Counted from the first letter of the stretch, positions 6,962 through 15,974 are shown. The stretch: DNA of 24,000 nucleotides from Chloroflexota bacterium (GCA_027623675.1 JAQBVF010000003.1:1-24000), one strand, 5' to 3'. Notes: generated by a model from the letters alone, not told the origin. Translations and numbers: made by a program.

Positions 6962-8005
6962 TTGGCAGCACAAGAAGACCTAAGATTTAACTGGTCACAT
7001 CTGCCGCCGGTGGCGTCTCACCTGGCGTCGACCGGAGGTGAGATACGGTCGCGCCTGGAAGATTTCGTGGTTACCGAGATCCCCAAGTACCTGCCCAATG
7101 GCCAGGGACTGCACGCCTACGCTTTCATTGAGAAGAGGGGCCTCACCACCCACGACGTGATCTCCCACCTGCGGTCTCAGGGCGTGGCGATGAAAGATGT
7201 TGGCGTGGCCGGCCGGAAGGACAAATACGCAGTAACACGCCAATGGATCAGCGTGCCCGCAGAGTCAGAGAACGCCCTCGCGTCTCTGGACGGATTGGAT
7301 GGGGTAACGGTGCTCGAAACCTCCCGCCACCGAAACAAACTGGGCGTGGGGCACCTTGCCGCCAACCGGTTCGAGATCACGGTCCGCGGCCCGGTGGACG
7401 ACTGGCAGACCCGAGCTCAGGCCATCTTGGGCCACCTGGAGCGGCAAGGATTGCCCAATTACTTCGGTCCTCAGCGGTTTGGCCGGTTCAATAGCAATGT
7501 TATCGACGCCATGCGGCTGCTCAAAGGCGCCGATGTCCCTGGGGGGCGCAGACTCCAGATGTTCTTTCTCTCTTCGCTGCAGTCCCATCTATTCAATTGG
7601 AACCTGAAACGGCGGATGGAGTCGGGCTTCTACCAGCAGGTGCTGGAGGGTGACAGGGCACAGAAGCACGACACGGGCGGCGTGTTCGTGGTGGAAGACG
7701 CGGCCAGAGAAAGCGAACGGGCGGCCAGGTTGGAGATCAGTGCGTCCCTGCCTTTGCACGGGCACAAGGTGCGTTACAGCGCTGGGCATGCTGGGAGATT
7801 GGAACAGGAGATCTTGGACCACTTCGGTTTTTCCCGCGGCGACCTGCGATTCTTGGGGCTGGGTTCATGGAGGATCAGCCGGGTGCGGGTAGACGAGATA
7901 TCCCTAAAGACGGTGGACGGTGGGTATACGGTCGGGTTTACCCTTCCCAGTGGCGCCTATGCCACCTGTCTGCTGCGTGAGTTGGTCGGCCCAGAAGCTC
8001 GATAA
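6962..8005 (+). CDS. truD: tRNA pseudouridine(13) synthase TruD
   Basis: 347 aa with TruD blocks: EDFVVTEIP, the catalytic Asp motif GVAGRKDKYAVTRQW, LPNYFGPQRFG and FTLPSGAYATCLLRELV. The TTG start at 6962 has GAGG 5 nt upstream. Confidence 0.9.
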   Translation: MAAQEDLRFNWSHLPPVASHLASTGGEIRSRLEDFVVTEIPKYLPNGQGLHAYAFIEKRGLTTHDVISHLRSQGVAMKDVGVAGRKDKYAVTRQWISVPAESENALASLDGLDGVTVLETSRHRNKLGVGHLAANRFEITVRGPVDDWQTRAQAILGHLERQGLPNYFGPQRFGRFNSNVIDAMRLLKGADVPGGRRLQMFFLSSLQSHLFNWNLKRRMESGFYQQVLEGDRAQKHDTGGVFVVEDAARESERAARLEISASLPLHGHKVRYSAGHAGRLEQEILDHFGFSRGDLRFLGLGSWRISRVRVDEISLKTVDGGYTVGFTLPSGAYATCLLRELVGPEAR

Positions 8006-8080
8006 CGCCGCAATGGCCCGCAGGCACCGGCGCTAAATCATTTGCCTAATCTGGAGATCGAAGCTCCCGTGGGATTCATT

Positions 8081-8109
8081 TTGATCGGGCCTGGGCGTGA
8101 TTTTATATC
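8081..8109 (+). promoter_or_regulatory. Candidate sigma-70-like promoter upstream of the ureA leader
   Basis: TTGATC (8081-8086), a 17-nt spacer, then TATATC (8104-8109). If used, the phased pentamer array lies in the transcribed leader. An alternative weak TANNNT (-10) candidate, TAAGGT, sits at 8235-8240 just downstream of the array. Confidence 0.3.
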
Positions 8110-8155
8110 TGATTAAGTGAGAGATCGTGCGTATTCCCGCTGATTCGGTATCGCT

Positions 8156-8215
8156 GAAACACATACGTAACATCTCAGCAACATTTATTTAACCTAGGCG
8201 AAATTCAACCGAAAC
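8156..8215 (+). promoter_or_regulatory. Array of six direct pentamer repeats phased at exactly 11 bp; GlnR-box-like / OmpR-family regulator binding-site candidate
   Basis: GAAAC(8156) n6 GTAAC(8167) n6 GCAAC(8178) n6 TTAAC(8189) n6 GAAAT(8200) n6 GAAAC(8211), read directly. It matches the Streptomyces-type GlnR box scheme gTnAc-n6-GaAAc. It lies 167 nt upstream of the ureA start. Confidence 0.45.
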
Positions 8216-8381
8216 AGGTCTCGCTTAGTCTCAATAAGGTTTCGTAGCGATACGTGCGCTCTGATCAAGCCCGGTAGCGGCGAAACCTGTGGGGGAAGTC
8301 AGACGCTCTAGGTATCCCGGCGGTGCGGTAGCGCCGTTGAGAGCACAAGGGCATTTGACCAAACATCGTGGAATCATTGAA

Positions 8382-8684
8382 TTGTTTCTAGCACCAAGAG
8401 ACCAGGAAAAGTTGTTGATCTTCATGGCCGCGGAACTGGCAAGACGCCGGCGTGACCGGGGATTGAAACTTAACCACCCAGAGGCAACTGCCCTTATCAC
8501 CTTCGAGATTCTTGAAGGGATCAGAGACGGACGCTCTGTGTCGGAACTCATGGCATTTGGGGCGACCATCCTCACTCGAGACGACGTGATGGAAGGCGTT
8601 CCCGAGATGCTGGCTGAGGTCCAGGTCGAAGGCACGTTTCCTGACGGAACGAAGCTGGTGACCGTTCATAACCCCATTCGATAA
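8382..8684 (+). CDS. ureA: Urease subunit gamma (UreA)
   Basis: (M)[99 protein letters not shown] is colinear with canonical 100-aa UreA (MxLxPRExxKLL..). TTG 8382 gives the canonical length. The track's GTG 8289 would add 31 non-homologous residues. Confidence 0.9.
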   Translation: MFLAPRDQEKLLIFMAAELARRRRDRGLKLNHPEATALITFEILEGIRDGRSVSELMAFGATILTRDDVMEGVPEMLAEVQVEGTFPDGTKLVTVHNPIR

Positions 8685-8937
8685 ACCCTCCCAACGGAAC
8701 TTGCGAGACGCTTCCGCCGCTTCCGTAAGGACGACCGGCGACGGTTGGCGCCCCTTTAAGTAACACGTGTTAGCTTTCTTCGTGCACAAGACGGCTGGCG
8801 CAAAACTCGGGGAGGCCGGCCATAGGCGACTTGTCGGTTGGCACATGGATAGTTTGGCGGGCAGCCGTTGAGCTTCAAATCAAATTCATTCAATCCCGGC
8901 TTTCACGTCTGCCGCGATTAACTCAAGGAGAACCCAG

Positions 8938-10221
8938 GTGACTTTTCTTAAAAGTGTCATAAACATTCCGCGCGGGGCACTGGCCATATTCGCCATGTTG
9001 GTTCTGGCCGCGGCGGTCGCTTGCGGCGGATCTGATCCTACTTCAGCTCCGGCAACCGCCGCGCCTGATTCTGGCGGTGGGTCCGGCTCGGGTAGCGGCT
9101 CCGCGGAAACCATCAAGGTCGGCGTCCTCCATTCCCTGTCTGGCACCATGGCGATCAGCGAGACGGCGGTACGCGATGCCACGCTGTTGGCGATTGACGA
9201 GATCAACGCCTCCGGCGGCGTGCTAGGCAAACAACTTGAACCCGTCGTGGAAGACGGCGCGTCCGATTGGCCGACCTTTGCTGAAAAAGCGCGGAAGTTG
9301 ATTCAATCTGACGATGTTGCCGTGGTCTTTGGAGGCTGGACCAGCGCGAGCCGAAAGGCCATGCTTCCCGTTTTCGAAGGTCTCAACGGTCTTCTGTTTT
9401 ACCCGGTCCAGTACGAAGGTTTGGAAGCATCGCCCAATATCTTCTACACCGGCGCAACGACGAACCAGCAGATAGTCCCAGCCGTGGAATCGTTGCTGGA
9501 AGACGGCAAGACCCGGTTCTTCCTGCTTGGCTCCGACTATGTTTTCCCCCGCACTTCCAATCTGATCATCAACGCTCAACTCAAGGCCGCCGGCCTAGAG
9601 GCGGTTGGTGAGGAGTACACACCTTTGGGCCACGTGGAATACTCCACCGTGATCAGCAAGATCATCGCCGCCGACCCGGACGTGGTGTTCAACACTTTGA
9701 ACGGTGACTCCAATGTGGCTTTCTTCAAGCAATTGAAGGACGCGGGTATCGGAGCAGAGGACATCGTCACCCTGTCGGTCAGTGTTGCCGAGGAAGAGAT
9801 CGTTGGCATCGGGGCCGAAAACATCAAGGACCACTTGGTCGCCTGGAACTATTTCCAGACCACCGATACGCCCGAAAACGAGAAATTCGTCGCGGCCTTT
9901 AAAGCCAAGTATGGTAGCGACCGTGTGACTGACGACCCGATTGAAGCCGGATATTTCGGGGTTTACCTCTGGGCCGCCGCCGCTGAGAAAGCCGGCAGCA
10001 CAGACGTCGCCGCCGTAAAGGCTGCCGCGCCCGGAATCTCCTTCCAAGCGCCAGGCGGATTGGTTACCATCAACGGCGATAACCAGCACGTTTCCAAGAC
10101 TGTTCGCGTTGGTAGAGCCCTTGGCGACGGACAGATCGAAGAGATATGGAACTCGGGTGGACCAGTTAGCCCTGACCCGTATCTGGAAACATACGAGTGG
10201 GCTTCCCAGTTCCACCGGTAA
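8938..10221 (+). CDS. urtA: Urea ABC transporter substrate-binding lipoprotein UrtA
   Basis: [80 protein letters not shown] is typical of UrtA. The N-terminus has a signal peptide with lipobox LAAAVAC followed by a Gly/Ser linker ([10 protein letters not shown]). GTG 8938 has AAGGAG 7 nt upstream. Confidence 0.9.
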   Translation: MTFLKSVINIPRGALAIFAMLVLAAAVACGGSDPTSAPATAAPDSGGGSGSGSGSAETIKVGVLHSLSGTMAISETAVRDATLLAIDEINASGGVLGKQLEPVVEDGASDWPTFAEKARKLIQSDDVAVVFGGWTSASRKAMLPVFEGLNGLLFYPVQYEGLEASPNIFYTGATTNQQIVPAVESLLEDGKTRFFLLGSDYVFPRTSNLIINAQLKAAGLEAVGEEYTPLGHVEYSTVISKIIAADPDVVFNTLNGDSNVAFFKQLKDAGIGAEDIVTLSVSVAEEEIVGIGAENIKDHLVAWNYFQTTDTPENEKFVAAFKAKYGSDRVTDDPIEAGYFGVYLWAAAAEKAGSTDVAAVKAAAPGISFQAPGGLVTINGDNQHVSKTVRVGRALGDGQIEEIWNSGGPVSPDPYLETYEWASQFHR

Positions 10222-10289
10222 CCAGCACTTGGTCCAGATATAGGTAAACGACTGTCCCTAAATAGCGTTGTTTACTATCTCGCAGGCGA

Positions 10290-10324
10290 ACGGAATGGTA
10301 CCCGGCTAACGGGTACCATTCCGT
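10290..10324 (+). terminator. Strong intercistronic stem-loop between urtA and urtB (possible partial terminator or mRNA-stabilising element)
   Basis: ACGGAATGGTACCCG / CGGGTACCATTCCGT forms a perfect 15-bp stem with a 5-nt loop. No U-tract follows. A second 9-bp hairpin lies at 10244-10252 / 10267-10275. Confidence 0.4.
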
Positions 10325-10435
10325 GCATCGGCTGCATTGGCAAGGAAGATCACTGGATGCTGCTGGCAGACCAGATCAGCCGGTTTCCGGACGGAATATC
10401 TTGAACGACGGACCGCTTAACATGGACATCCGGAA

Positions 10436-11341
10436 ATGACAGATCCAGCAACGTTTGCTCTGCTTTTATTCAACGGCCTAAGCATGGGTTCGATCCTGCT
10501 GCTGGTTGCTCTTGGCCTGGCCCTCTCTTTCGGTTTGATGAACATCATAAATCTCGCCCACGGCGAGTTTATTATGATTGGCGCCTACACCGCTTATTCC
10601 ATTCAGCAGTCAGCGATATCCCTCACCGGAGACGCGTCGCCCGCGATCACCTACCTAATCTCGATTCCGGCCTCCTTCCTGGTGGCCGGGATCATGGGTT
10701 TTGCGACTGAACGACTGATCATCAGACACCTTTATGGCCGTTCGCTGGACACGCTCCTGGCTACTTGGGGCGTCGGCCTCGCCCTGCAGCAACTGGCCCG
10801 AAGCATCTTCGGAGCGCCAAACGTACAGGTTGTTTCGCCGGGGTGGCTCGCAGGAAGCCTTCATGTCACGGATGTTTTAGTTTTCCCGATCAAACGGATC
10901 TTTATCATAGTATTGGCGTTCGTTTGCGTTGGGGGTCTCTTCTGGTACATGTACAAGACTCATTGGGGTCGCAGGACCAGGGCGGTGATGCAAAACCGGC
11001 AAATGGCCTCCAGCTTAGGCGTGGCCGCCAATCAGGTTGACGGTCTCACGTTTGCACTGGGTTCCGGTTTGGCCGGAGTTGCTGGTTGCACCCTAGCCCT
11101 GATCGGACCCATCGGCCCTTCGATGGGAACGTTCCACATCGTCGACGCATTCATGGTTGTTATTTTGGGGGGTATGGGGCAAATAACCGGCGCGATCGTC
11201 GCAGCCCTGACCATCGGGATGCTGAATAGCATCTTCGAATTCTCCACCAACGCGGTGCTGGGCAAAGTAATGGTATTTGCGATGATTATCTTGTTCCTGC
11301 AGTGGAAACCGAACGGTCTGATGCAGCTGAGTAAACGATAG
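10436..11341 (+). CDS. urtB: Urea ABC transporter permease UrtB (LivH-like)
   Basis: 301-aa polytopic protein with LivH-family blocks ([47 protein letters not shown]), positioned directly after urtA. Confidence 0.88.
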   Translation: MTDPATFALLLFNGLSMGSILLLVALGLALSFGLMNIINLAHGEFIMIGAYTAYSIQQSAISLTGDASPAITYLISIPASFLVAGIMGFATERLIIRHLYGRSLDTLLATWGVGLALQQLARSIFGAPNVQVVSPGWLAGSLHVTDVLVFPIKRIFIIVLAFVCVGGLFWYMYKTHWGRRTRAVMQNRQMASSLGVAANQVDGLTFALGSGLAGVAGCTLALIGPIGPSMGTFHIVDAFMVVILGGMGQITGAIVAALTIGMLNSIFEFSTNAVLGKVMVFAMIILFLQWKPNGLMQLSKR

Positions 11342-11375
11342 ATCAAATGAGATATTCGCCCATCTCGGACTGTGT

Positions 11376-12509
11376 ATGTTAGACAGATTGATCGAGAATA
11401 TTCCAACCGGCGTCCGGACCCAGCTGATTCGTTTCGGTCCGCTACTGCTGCTCGCCATTTTCCTATTCGCGGCCCCGCTGGTGTTGTCTGACTTCCGTGT
11501 GAACCTCATCGGCAAGATCCTCACCTTTGCCATATTGGCTTTGTCACTGGACCTGATATGGGGTTACGCCGGGATGCTCAGTCTTGGTCACGGTGTTTTC
11601 TTTGGCCTGGGCGCCTACGCGTTCGCAATGTTCTTAAAGCTCGAGGCATCCGCAGGCAAGCTTCCGGATTTCATGTTCTGGAGTGGACTCGAAGAGTTGC
11701 CCTTTTTCTGGTCACCCTTCCAGCATGCCTGGTTCGCCCTCCCCATGGTAATCATCATGCCGGGCGTGCTGGCCGGCGCCATCGGCTACCTGGTCTTTAG
11801 AAGCCGCATCACCGGTGTTTACTTTGCGTTGATAACCCAGGCGTTGGCCTTGATGGTCAGCATCCTGTTCATCGGCCAACAAGCCTACACCGGCGGGACC
11901 AATGGACTGACCAATCTTACTGCGGTCTTCGGCCACTCGATCTACAGCACCAGTACCCAGCAGACCTTGTATTACATCACTGTGGTATCCCTTTTGGCCG
12001 CCTACCTGTTGTGTATGGGAATCGTGGCCTCGCCATTTGGACGGTTGCTGGTGGCGATCCGCGACGACGAGAACCGGGTGCGATTTTCGGGATATGACCC
12101 GGCGATAATCAAGTCGGTGATATTTTTTGTCTCGGCTAGCCTGGCCGGGATCGGTGGCGCTTTGTATGCCCCGCAGGTGGGTATCGTGTCTCCATCGATC
12201 ATGGGGATCGTCCCTTCGATCGAGGTGGCCGTGTGGGTGGCGATCGGCGGTCGAGGAACTCTGATCGGAGCGATAATCGGGGCGATCATCGTGAACTACG
12301 CCAAGAGTTTGCTCAGCGAATCCTTCCCGGATTTTTGGACTTATTTCTTGGCGGTATTATTCATCGGCGCCGTGCTATTGTTCCCCCGGGGTATCATCGG
12401 ACTATTGCGGCGGGAAGGATGGCACTGGCCCCAATGGGTAAGTGTCGCCCGCGCTCGGATCAGCTTCCTCACCAACTTCGCGAATACCATGAGGCGGACG
12501 GCCAGATAA
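11376..12509 (+). CDS. urtC: Urea ABC transporter permease UrtC (LivM-like)
   Basis: 377-aa polytopic protein with LivM-family blocks ([46 protein letters not shown]). The stop TAA at 12507-12509 overlaps the urtD ATG by 1 nt. Confidence 0.88.
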   Translation: MLDRLIENIPTGVRTQLIRFGPLLLLAIFLFAAPLVLSDFRVNLIGKILTFAILALSLDLIWGYAGMLSLGHGVFFGLGAYAFAMFLKLEASAGKLPDFMFWSGLEELPFFWSPFQHAWFALPMVIIMPGVLAGAIGYLVFRSRITGVYFALITQALALMVSILFIGQQAYTGGTNGLTNLTAVFGHSIYSTSTQQTLYYITVVSLLAAYLLCMGIVASPFGRLLVAIRDDENRVRFSGYDPAIIKSVIFFVSASLAGIGGALYAPQVGIVSPSIMGIVPSIEVAVWVAIGGRGTLIGAIIGAIIVNYAKSLLSESFPDFWTYFLAVLFIGAVLLFPRGIIGLLRREGWHWPQWVSVARARISFLTNFANTMRRTAR

Positions 12510-13441
12510 TGGAACAGAATGGACATATTGGAGGAGCCGATATCAGCAACGGCCATCAGGACGACGGCACTCAAAATATCCTTTCCGTTTCTGACGTAAC
12601 CATCAGTTTCGATGGGTTCACGGTCTTGGACAATCTGGGATTTTTCATTAACCGGGGCGAGATGCGTTTTCTCATCGGCCCTAACGGCGCGGGAAAGACG
12701 ACCCTTCTTGACGTGATAACCGGTAAGTCAAAACCGGACCGTGGAATTGTCACATTTGATGGCGAAGTGAACCTGTCACGCCGCTCGGAACATGCCGTGG
12801 TGAAGCTTGGCATCAGCCGTAAATTCCAAGCACCGACAGTGTTCAACAGTTTGTCGATCCTCCAAAACCTGGAAACATCCGTCCGCTTTCGAAATCGGGT
12901 CATCGGGATGTTCAGATCGCTTTCGGCCACACAATCACAGATCGTTCAACAAACGTTGGAACTGATCGGGTTTGAGGGCCGCGCTCATCGGAATGCTGGG
13001 GTGCTATCCCACGGGGAGCGTCAATGGCTGGAGATTGGGATGCTGTTGGTACAGGAACCCAAACTGCTGCTGCTCGATGAACCGGTGGCGGGCATGACCC
13101 GGCGAGAACGTGATCGGACCGGGGAATTACTCCAAGAGATCGCCAGAGAAAGGTCTGTTCTAGTTGTCGAGCACGACATGGAATTCGTCCGGCGGTTCGC
13201 CAAAACGGTGACTGTACTGCATCAGGGAAAGGTCTTGAGCGAAGGAACCATGGACATGGTCCAGCAAGACCCCAAAGTAGTCCATGCTTATCTGGGTCGC
13301 AGCAGAGAAGCATCGCGGCACGCAGTCCCAGCAGGTCATAAGCTATCCGCAAATGGATCTGGGGCGTTGGAGCCTGAGGGATCACCGGTGTGGGGGAACC
13401 AGCAAAACCTGGTGAAAGATGAGCGGAATGCTGTCAATTAG
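12509..13441 (+). CDS. urtD: Urea ABC transporter ATP-binding protein UrtD (with N- and C-terminal extensions)
   Basis: Walker A GPNGAGKTT, signature LSHGERQWLEIG, Walker B LLLLDEP and FDGF near the N-terminus, as in UrtD. The start is taken at ATG 12509 (TAATG overlap with urtC); the track's 12233 start lies inside urtC. About 50 residues follow the usual ..AYLGR end. Confidence 0.85.
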   Translation: MEQNGHIGGADISNGHQDDGTQNILSVSDVTISFDGFTVLDNLGFFINRGEMRFLIGPNGAGKTTLLDVITGKSKPDRGIVTFDGEVNLSRRSEHAVVKLGISRKFQAPTVFNSLSILQNLETSVRFRNRVIGMFRSLSATQSQIVQQTLELIGFEGRAHRNAGVLSHGERQWLEIGMLLVQEPKLLLLDEPVAGMTRRERDRTGELLQEIARERSVLVVEHDMEFVRRFAKTVTVLHQGKVLSEGTMDMVQQDPKVVHAYLGRSREASRHAVPAGHKLSANGSGALEPEGSPVWGNQQNLVKDERNAVN

Positions 13442-14129
13442 CGGTCTGTCCGCCGGATATGGCCAAAGCACGATCCTCAAGGAGGTTAACATTGACCTCC
13501 TTTCGGGTCAGGCTATCTGTCTGATCGGGCGAAACGGAGTGGGTAAGACCACGCTGCTCAAGACAATCATGGGACACATTCGGCCCAACTTGGGAAAGAT
13601 CGTCCTAGAAGACAATGACGTGACCACCTGGGCAGCCAACAGGCGGGCTGTCGCCGGTATCGGTTACGTTCCTCAGGGTCGGGAGATATTCCCGTTTCTG
13701 ACCGTACACGAGAACTTGCTGATGGGGCTTGAAGCTCTGCCAAAGAGACAGCGTTCTATCGACGCCCTTGACGGGATGTACGATAAGTTTCCGGCCCTTA
13801 AGACATTTCGCACCAAGGCAGCAGGAACCCTCAGCGGCGGGCAGCAGCAACAGTTGGCCCTGGCCAGGGTCCTGGTCCGGAAACCCAAAGTATTATTACT
13901 AGACGAACCCACGGAGGGTTTGCAGCCCAACATAGTCCAAGAGATCGAGGACCTTCTCCACGGTATCCGCGATTCGCATGAAACTTCGATATTGCTGGTG
14001 GAGCAATTCTTAGACTTTGCCATGAGTGTCGCTGATCACTGCTACGTGATGGAAAACGGCGAGATTGTTTTGGAAGGTCAATCCAAAGACCTCGACCGAA
14101 CGTTGGTCAGAGAATATCTGGCTGTCTAA
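13419..14129 (+). CDS. urtE: Urea ABC transporter ATP-binding protein UrtE
   Basis: Walker A GRNGVGKTT, signature LSGGQQQQLALAR, Walker B LLLLDEPTEG. The LivF-like architecture and operon position fit UrtE. It overlaps the urtD 3' end by 23 nt. Confidence 0.9.
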   Translation: MSGMLSISGLSAGYGQSTILKEVNIDLLSGQAICLIGRNGVGKTTLLKTIMGHIRPNLGKIVLEDNDVTTWAANRRAVAGIGYVPQGREIFPFLTVHENLLMGLEALPKRQRSIDALDGMYDKFPALKTFRTKAAGTLSGGQQQQLALARVLVRKPKVLLLDEPTEGLQPNIVQEIEDLLHGIRDSHETSILLVEQFLDFAMSVADHCYVMENGEIVLEGQSKDLDRTLVREYLAV

Positions 14130-14151
14130 ATCTTCAACTAAGATTAACTGA

Positions 14152-14180
14152 TTGACGTCCACTCTCAGTATTTATATCAA
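14152..14180 (+). promoter_or_regulatory. Candidate internal sigma-70-like promoter for glnA, embedded in an inverted repeat
   Basis: TTGACG (14152-14157), a 17-nt spacer, then TATCAA (14175-14180). TGATTGA (14149-14155) and TCAATCA (14177-14183) are perfect reverse complements overlapping the -35 and -10 hexamers. Confidence 0.4.
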
Positions 14181-14210
14181 TCAACCGATTAAAGCATGAG
14201 GGATTACAAA

Positions 14211-15548
14211 ATGGTTTCACGGAACGCCGAGGAAATAGCATTCGTGGTGCAGGCCGCCAGCGAAGCCGACGTCAAATTTGTTCGTTTATGGTTTCCGGAT
14301 ATTCTGGGGCAGCTGAAAGGGTTCGCGATCGGAGTAGACGACCTGGAGGACTCCATCCTTCACGGGGTGGGTTTCGATGGGTCGGCGATCGAAGGTTTCG
14401 CCAGGATACAAGAGAGCGATATGCGTGCCTTCCCCGATCCAACGACTTTTACATTGCTGCCGTGGCGACCGCAGCAGAACGCCGTCGCCAGGATGTTCTG
14501 CGACATCCGTGGCCCCCGGGGCGAGGTCTTCAGCGGCGACCCGCGACTCGCTTTGAAGCGCAATCTGGAAAAAGTGGCCCGGTTGGGCTACACCTACTAT
14601 GTGGGAACCGAGTTGGAATTCTTCTATCTCAAGAATTCCATCAACCCTGAACCTCTGGACAACAGCGGCTACTTCGACCAACTCTCAGGCCAACTGGCCA
14701 GCGACCTCCGCCGGGACACGGTGCTGAACCTCTCTGAGATGGGCGTGCCGGTTAAATACTCCCATCACGAGGCGGCACCCAGCCAACATGAGATTGACCT
14801 ACAGTACACCGGCGCGCTGGCTATGGCTGACAGCGTGATTACGGCCAAACTGTTGATTAAAGAGTTAGCGCAATCACGGGACGTATACGCAACTTTCATG
14901 CCCAAACCCCTCGCCGGCGTGAACGGGTCGGGCATGCACACGCATCAGTCGTTATTCAAAGGCGACAACAACGTTTTCTATGACGGGGACGACGAGCATT
15001 ACCTGTCTGATATCGGGAAGAAATTTATCTCAGGTCTGCTGTATCACGCGCCCGAGATCACGTTGGTGACGAACCAATGGATCAATTCGTACAAGCGCCT
15101 GATACCGGGGTTTGAGGCGCCGGTTTATGCGTCTTGGGCGCATGTTAACCGGTCTGACCTGATCAGGGTCCCCGCCTATAAGCCAGGATATGAAAGCTCG
15201 ATGCGCATCGAGTACCGGGCGCCCGACCCGGCCTGCAATCCCTACCTGGCATTCAGCGTCATGTTGGCCGCCGGCATGAAGGGAATCGAAGAAGATTACC
15301 CGATACAACAACAGGTGGTCGGCAACGTTGCTGAAATGACCGAGGAGCGGCGTCAGTCATTGGGCATCAAGACGCTGCCGAGCAGCCTGGGTGAAGCGAT
15401 CGCATTGGCGGAGGACAGTGAACTGCTCGAGGAAGCGCTGGGTTCCCACATCCACCGCAGTTTCATAGAGAATAAGAAGATCGAGTGGCGAGAGTACCGG
15501 GCGACGATCACCGACTATGAGATCAACCGTTACCTTTCGGTCCTGTGA
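14211..15548 (+). CDS. glnA: Glutamine synthetase, type I (alpha-like; no obvious adenylylation loop)
   Basis: GS-I blocks: VKFVRLWFPDILGQLKGF, FDGSAIEGF, YYVGTELEFFY, HHEAAPSQHEID, KPLAGVNGSGMHTHQS, NSYKRLIPGFEAPV, RIEYRAPDPACNPYLAF. The region equivalent to the E. coli NLYDLP adenylylation site reads GNVAEMTEE. ATG 14211 has GAGGG 8 nt upstream; the alternative ATG 14196 has no RBS. Confidence 0.9.
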   Translation: MVSRNAEEIAFVVQAASEADVKFVRLWFPDILGQLKGFAIGVDDLEDSILHGVGFDGSAIEGFARIQESDMRAFPDPTTFTLLPWRPQQNAVARMFCDIRGPRGEVFSGDPRLALKRNLEKVARLGYTYYVGTELEFFYLKNSINPEPLDNSGYFDQLSGQLASDLRRDTVLNLSEMGVPVKYSHHEAAPSQHEIDLQYTGALAMADSVITAKLLIKELAQSRDVYATFMPKPLAGVNGSGMHTHQSLFKGDNNVFYDGDDEHYLSDIGKKFISGLLYHAPEITLVTNQWINSYKRLIPGFEAPVYASWAHVNRSDLIRVPAYKPGYESSMRIEYRAPDPACNPYLAFSVMLAAGMKGIEEDYPIQQQVVGNVAEMTEERRQSLGIKTLPSSLGEAIALAEDSELLEEALGSHIHRSFIENKKIEWREYRATITDYEINRYLSVL

Positions 15549-15599
15549 ACGAGGGGTACACCTTTTGGAACGCGAGTCTGGAAAAAACAGGAATTGCAG

Positions 15600-15974
15600 A
15601 TGATACCAGGCGAGATCGTATTGGCCGATACCCTGATTATTGCTAATGAAGGGCGTTTAACCGTGGAGCTAACGGTCGCAAACACGGGAGACCGGCCGAT
15701 TCAAGTGGGGTCGCATTTCCACTTTTTCGAAGTGAACCGTGCGTTGCGGTTCGATCGAAAACCCGCGTTCGGCATGCGCTTGAATATCCCGGCAGGTACG
15801 GCGACCCGCTTCGAGCCGGGTGATGACAAGCTTGTGACCCTGGTTGAACTTGGCGGCCGCAAAGAAGTGTACGGGCTCAACTCCCTAACAGATGGTCCAA
15901 CAACCGGGGAAACGGCCCGAGCCGCCGCGGTGGCGAAAGCCAAGGCCGCAGGTTTCTCGGTGGACGCGCGATGA
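15600..15974 (+). CDS. ureB: Urease subunit beta (UreB)
   Basis: [52 protein letters not shown] is canonical UreB. ATG 15600 has AGGAA upstream. The stop overlaps the ureC start (ATGA at 15971-15974). Confidence 0.92.
   Translation: MIPGEIVLADTLIIANEGRLTVELTVANTGDRPIQVGSHFHFFEVNRALRFDRKPAFGMRLNIPAGTATRFEPGDDKLVTLVELGGRKEVYGLNSLTDGPTTGETARAAAVAKAKAAGFSVDAR

Noticed and set aside
8289-8381. GTG 8289 as the ureA start (track ORF of 131 aa)
   Set aside because: It would add 31 residues ([12 protein letters not shown]..) with no counterpart in UreA. TTG 8382 gives the canonical MxLxPRExxKLL N-terminus and a 100-aa length.
8355-8383. TTGACC-17 nt-TGAATT promoter-like element
   Set aside because: The -10 hexamer overlaps the ureA TTG start codon, so a transcript from it would start inside the gene.
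12233-12508. Extended urtD start at 12233
   Set aside because: It lies in an alternative frame inside urtC. Real UrtD similarity begins after ATG 12509, which is coupled to the urtC stop through a TAATG overlap.
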